Shown here piece by piece: positions 61,532 to 64,000 of a DNA stretch of 64,000 nt; position 1 is the first letter of the stretch; every line of letters begins with the position of its first letter. The position numbers and the translations under genes are program-made. The notes below the pieces were generated by a model. That model was not told where the DNA came from. It saw only the letters and a program-made list of their open reading frames with translations, and did not search any database. Origin of the DNA: Anthoceros angustus (Eukaryota > Plantae > Anthocerotophyta); NCBI GenBank assembly GCA_010909165.1, contig MU008191.1, positions 496,001 through 560,000 of the forward strand, read 5' to 3'.

Positions 61532-64000
61532 ATGGACAGCATGGAGGTGGACAGGAATGGCGAGCTGAAGCGCGGGAGGGCAGGCGGAGGTGAGTCCGAG
61601 AGAGAGGACAAGCGGAGAAAGCTGAGAGATGAAGGATCTGCAAGGAGTGGGCACGTAAGCGATCGAGCTTTGGATATCGCCCGTGACCGTGAGAGAGATA
61701 GGTATATTGAGAGACCAAGGGACAGGGAGAGGGATAGAAGGGTGTTGCCTATTCGGAGGGATCGGCTGCGGCCCCGGGATGGCGAGCGGGAGCGGGAAAG
61801 AGCAAGGGCTAGGGACAGGGAGCGGGATAGGGAGAGGGATAGGGAGAAGGATAGGGAGAAACAAAGGGACAGGGATCGGGACAGAGACAGGGACGGGGAC
61901 AGGGACAGGGACAGGGTCAGGGTCAGAGACAGGGGGCATGAATTTGCAGCTGCCAATGGTTCTGCTGCTAAGCCTGTGGTACAAGAGAAGGAGAAGTCAG
62001 GGGATGAATGTGCCCGAAAGTATCAGCTGGAGGTGCTGGGACAAGCTCAGGAGAAGAACACTATCGCCTTTCTTGAGACGGGGGCGGGTAAGACTCTCAT
62101 AGCAGTTATGCTGATGAAGAGCAAGTATGAAATGATGCGACAGAATGGGGAGAAGATGCTGGCGGTGTTTCTCGTGCCGAAGGTGCCGTTGGTTTACCAG
62201 GTACTGACTCTATGTGGAGGTGACGGAAGCTCGTAGAAAGGCTATGGATTAAGTTTGTTTTGCAGTTCTGGCCTGTTCAGGCAGAGGTGGTAACCAGATC
62301 CGCGCACTTTTGTGTGCAGCAAGCAGAAGTGATTCGAGAAGGGACAGGTTTCAATGTGGGACACTACTGTGGAGAGATGGGTCAAGATTTCTGGGATCCA
62401 AGAAGGTGGCAGCGGGAGTTTGAGACTAATGAAGTATGTAGATAATGGCGTTACTTACAATGTTGACTTTGATCTATTTCATGGCTTCTGTGTGTCTCAC
62501 ACTTTCTTGTCATGACTTCAGGTCCTTGTAATGACTGCCCAAATTCTGCTGAACATCTTGAGGCATAGCATTGTCAGAATGGAATCCATCGATCTCCTTA
62601 TCCTGGACGAGTGTCATCATGCTGTCAAAAAGCATCCTTACTCGTTGGTGATGTCTGAGTTCTACCACATGACCAGCAAAACGAAGAGGCCTGCAGTTTT
62701 CGGCATGACAGCATCCCCAGTCAATTTGAAGGGTATGTGCATTTAACTTTGTACAGGTAACCATGTATAAGCAGAGGCCCTTTGACGACAGCGACATTTG
62801 TCAATGCAGGCGTGTCCAACCAGGAAGATTGTGCTGTGAAGATTCGGAATCTGGAGAGCAAGCTTGATTCTATTGTGTGCACAATTAAGGACAGGAAGGA
62901 ATTGGAGATGTACGTGCCAACACCGTCAGAAACTGTGGTAGAGTATGACAAGGCTGCTGTGTTATGGTCCTTACGTGAGCAGATTAAGAGTATGGAGTCT
63001 ACCGTTGAACAAGCAGCCAGTCAAAGCTCCAAACGAAGTAAGTGGAGATTCATGGGTGCTAGAGATGCTGGGTCAAAAGAGGAACTTCGTCTGGTGTATG
63101 GAGTTTCAGAGAGGACCGAGAGTGATGGTGCTGCGAGCTTGGGACAGAAGTTACGCGCTATCGTTTACGCTCTTGATGAGCTTGGCCAGTGGTGTGCATA
63201 CAAGGTAGATATTCTCAGGATTTCATTTTTGGATCATTAGCCTATGATCCTGTTGACCTCTCCCGATTGAAGTTGTTTCATCTATGCATGGCAGGTAGCC
63301 TTGTCATTTCTCACCGCCCTAAGAAATGATGAACGTGCGAATCATCAGCTCGATGTGAAATTCCAAGAGTCCTACCTGAAGAAGGTAGTTGACATCCTCA
63401 GATGCCGCCTTGCTGAAGGAGCTGTCGGGAGTAAACATGCAGGAGAACCAGAGGACGAGGATAAGGATAAGGGCTATGTTTTTGGTGAAGTTGAGGATGG
63501 CGAGCTTCCAGACATCCAAGGTTGGCAGCTTGGACGGTATCCAGTGTTACGATGACCCAGTGGACGTAGGTCATTCAGTTTGGTTCATGTGCTAACTTTT
63601 GTCCACAAAATTTGCAGCTGTTTCTGGGGGCGAGCATGTGGATGAGATTCTTGGAGCAGCCGTGGCAGGTGGCAGGGTAACACCAAAGGTGCAGGCCCTG
63701 ATTAAGATACTGCTAAGTTATCAACACACTGATGATTTTCGAGCTATCATATTTGTGGAGCGGGTCGTTGCTGCTTTGGTCCTTCCTAAGGTACAGGTCA
63801 AGCTGTGGCAGAATTATTGATCAACTGGGAAGTGGGAAGTGGCGTTATCTGTGTTTTTCTCTGTCTGAACGCTGTTCTGGTTGCAAAATCTCTTCTACAG
63901 GTTTTCGCTGAGTTGCCATCCTTGAAATTTGTCAAGTGCGCAAGTCTAATTGGGCACAACAATAATCAGGATATGAGGACGCGGCAAATGCAGGAGACAA
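61532..64000 (+). CDS. DCL1: Dicer-like 1, 5' exons (RD/RE-rich N-terminus, DExH helicase); runs off the right edge
   Basis: ARKYQLEVL..A.EKNTIAFLETGAGKT, LVPKVPLVYQ, YCGEMGQDFWD, LILDECHHAVKKHPYSLVMSEFYH, FGMTASP, VYGVSERTESDGAA: DCL1-specific motifs. Confidence 0.97.

Noticed and set aside
61345-62102. Poly-SL, PV and GT ORFs overlapping DCL1 exon 1
   Set aside because: Alternative frames of the RD-repeat coding sequence.
62201-63900. Intronic miRNA hairpin in DCL1, as known from other plants
   Set aside because: The introns here are about 85-120 bp and I saw no convincing long stem; folding would be needed.

Overview
Eukaryotic DNA from a land plant with compact ~80-120 bp introns; a small-genome bryophyte- or lycophyte-grade lineage is my inference. 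Host genes at both ends: RPL13 (partial) head-to-head with an ASCH-domain gene, PRMT7 head-to-head with a plastid-type ABCD transporter, an intronless proline-rich receptor-like pseudokinase of the MDIS/At2g40270 type, and the 5' part of DCL1. The 7-37 kb interval holds two full-length copies of one Ty3/Gypsy chromovirus: 7008-16907 (TSD TAGAC) and 19534-36957 (TSD TCTTG). The main finding is nested in the gag of the second copy: a cut-and-paste DNA transposon (26420-35272, 30-bp TIRs, 4-bp TSD TAGA). It encodes a Sola/DUF7869-type DDD transposase and, divergently, a spliced gene joining a ParB/Srx-like domain to a bacterial-type beta-class (N4-C/N6-A) DNA amino-methyltransferase. A GC-rich palindrome (GGCGCCGGCCGGCGCC) recurs in its non-coding parts. 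A block made of an AT-rich orphan two-exon gene plus the PRMT7 3' end is present three times. Many indel-rich tandem duplicates differ almost only at CAG/CTG. They look like long-read assembly or base-calling artefacts at methylated CHG sites, so frameshifts inside the TEs may not be real.
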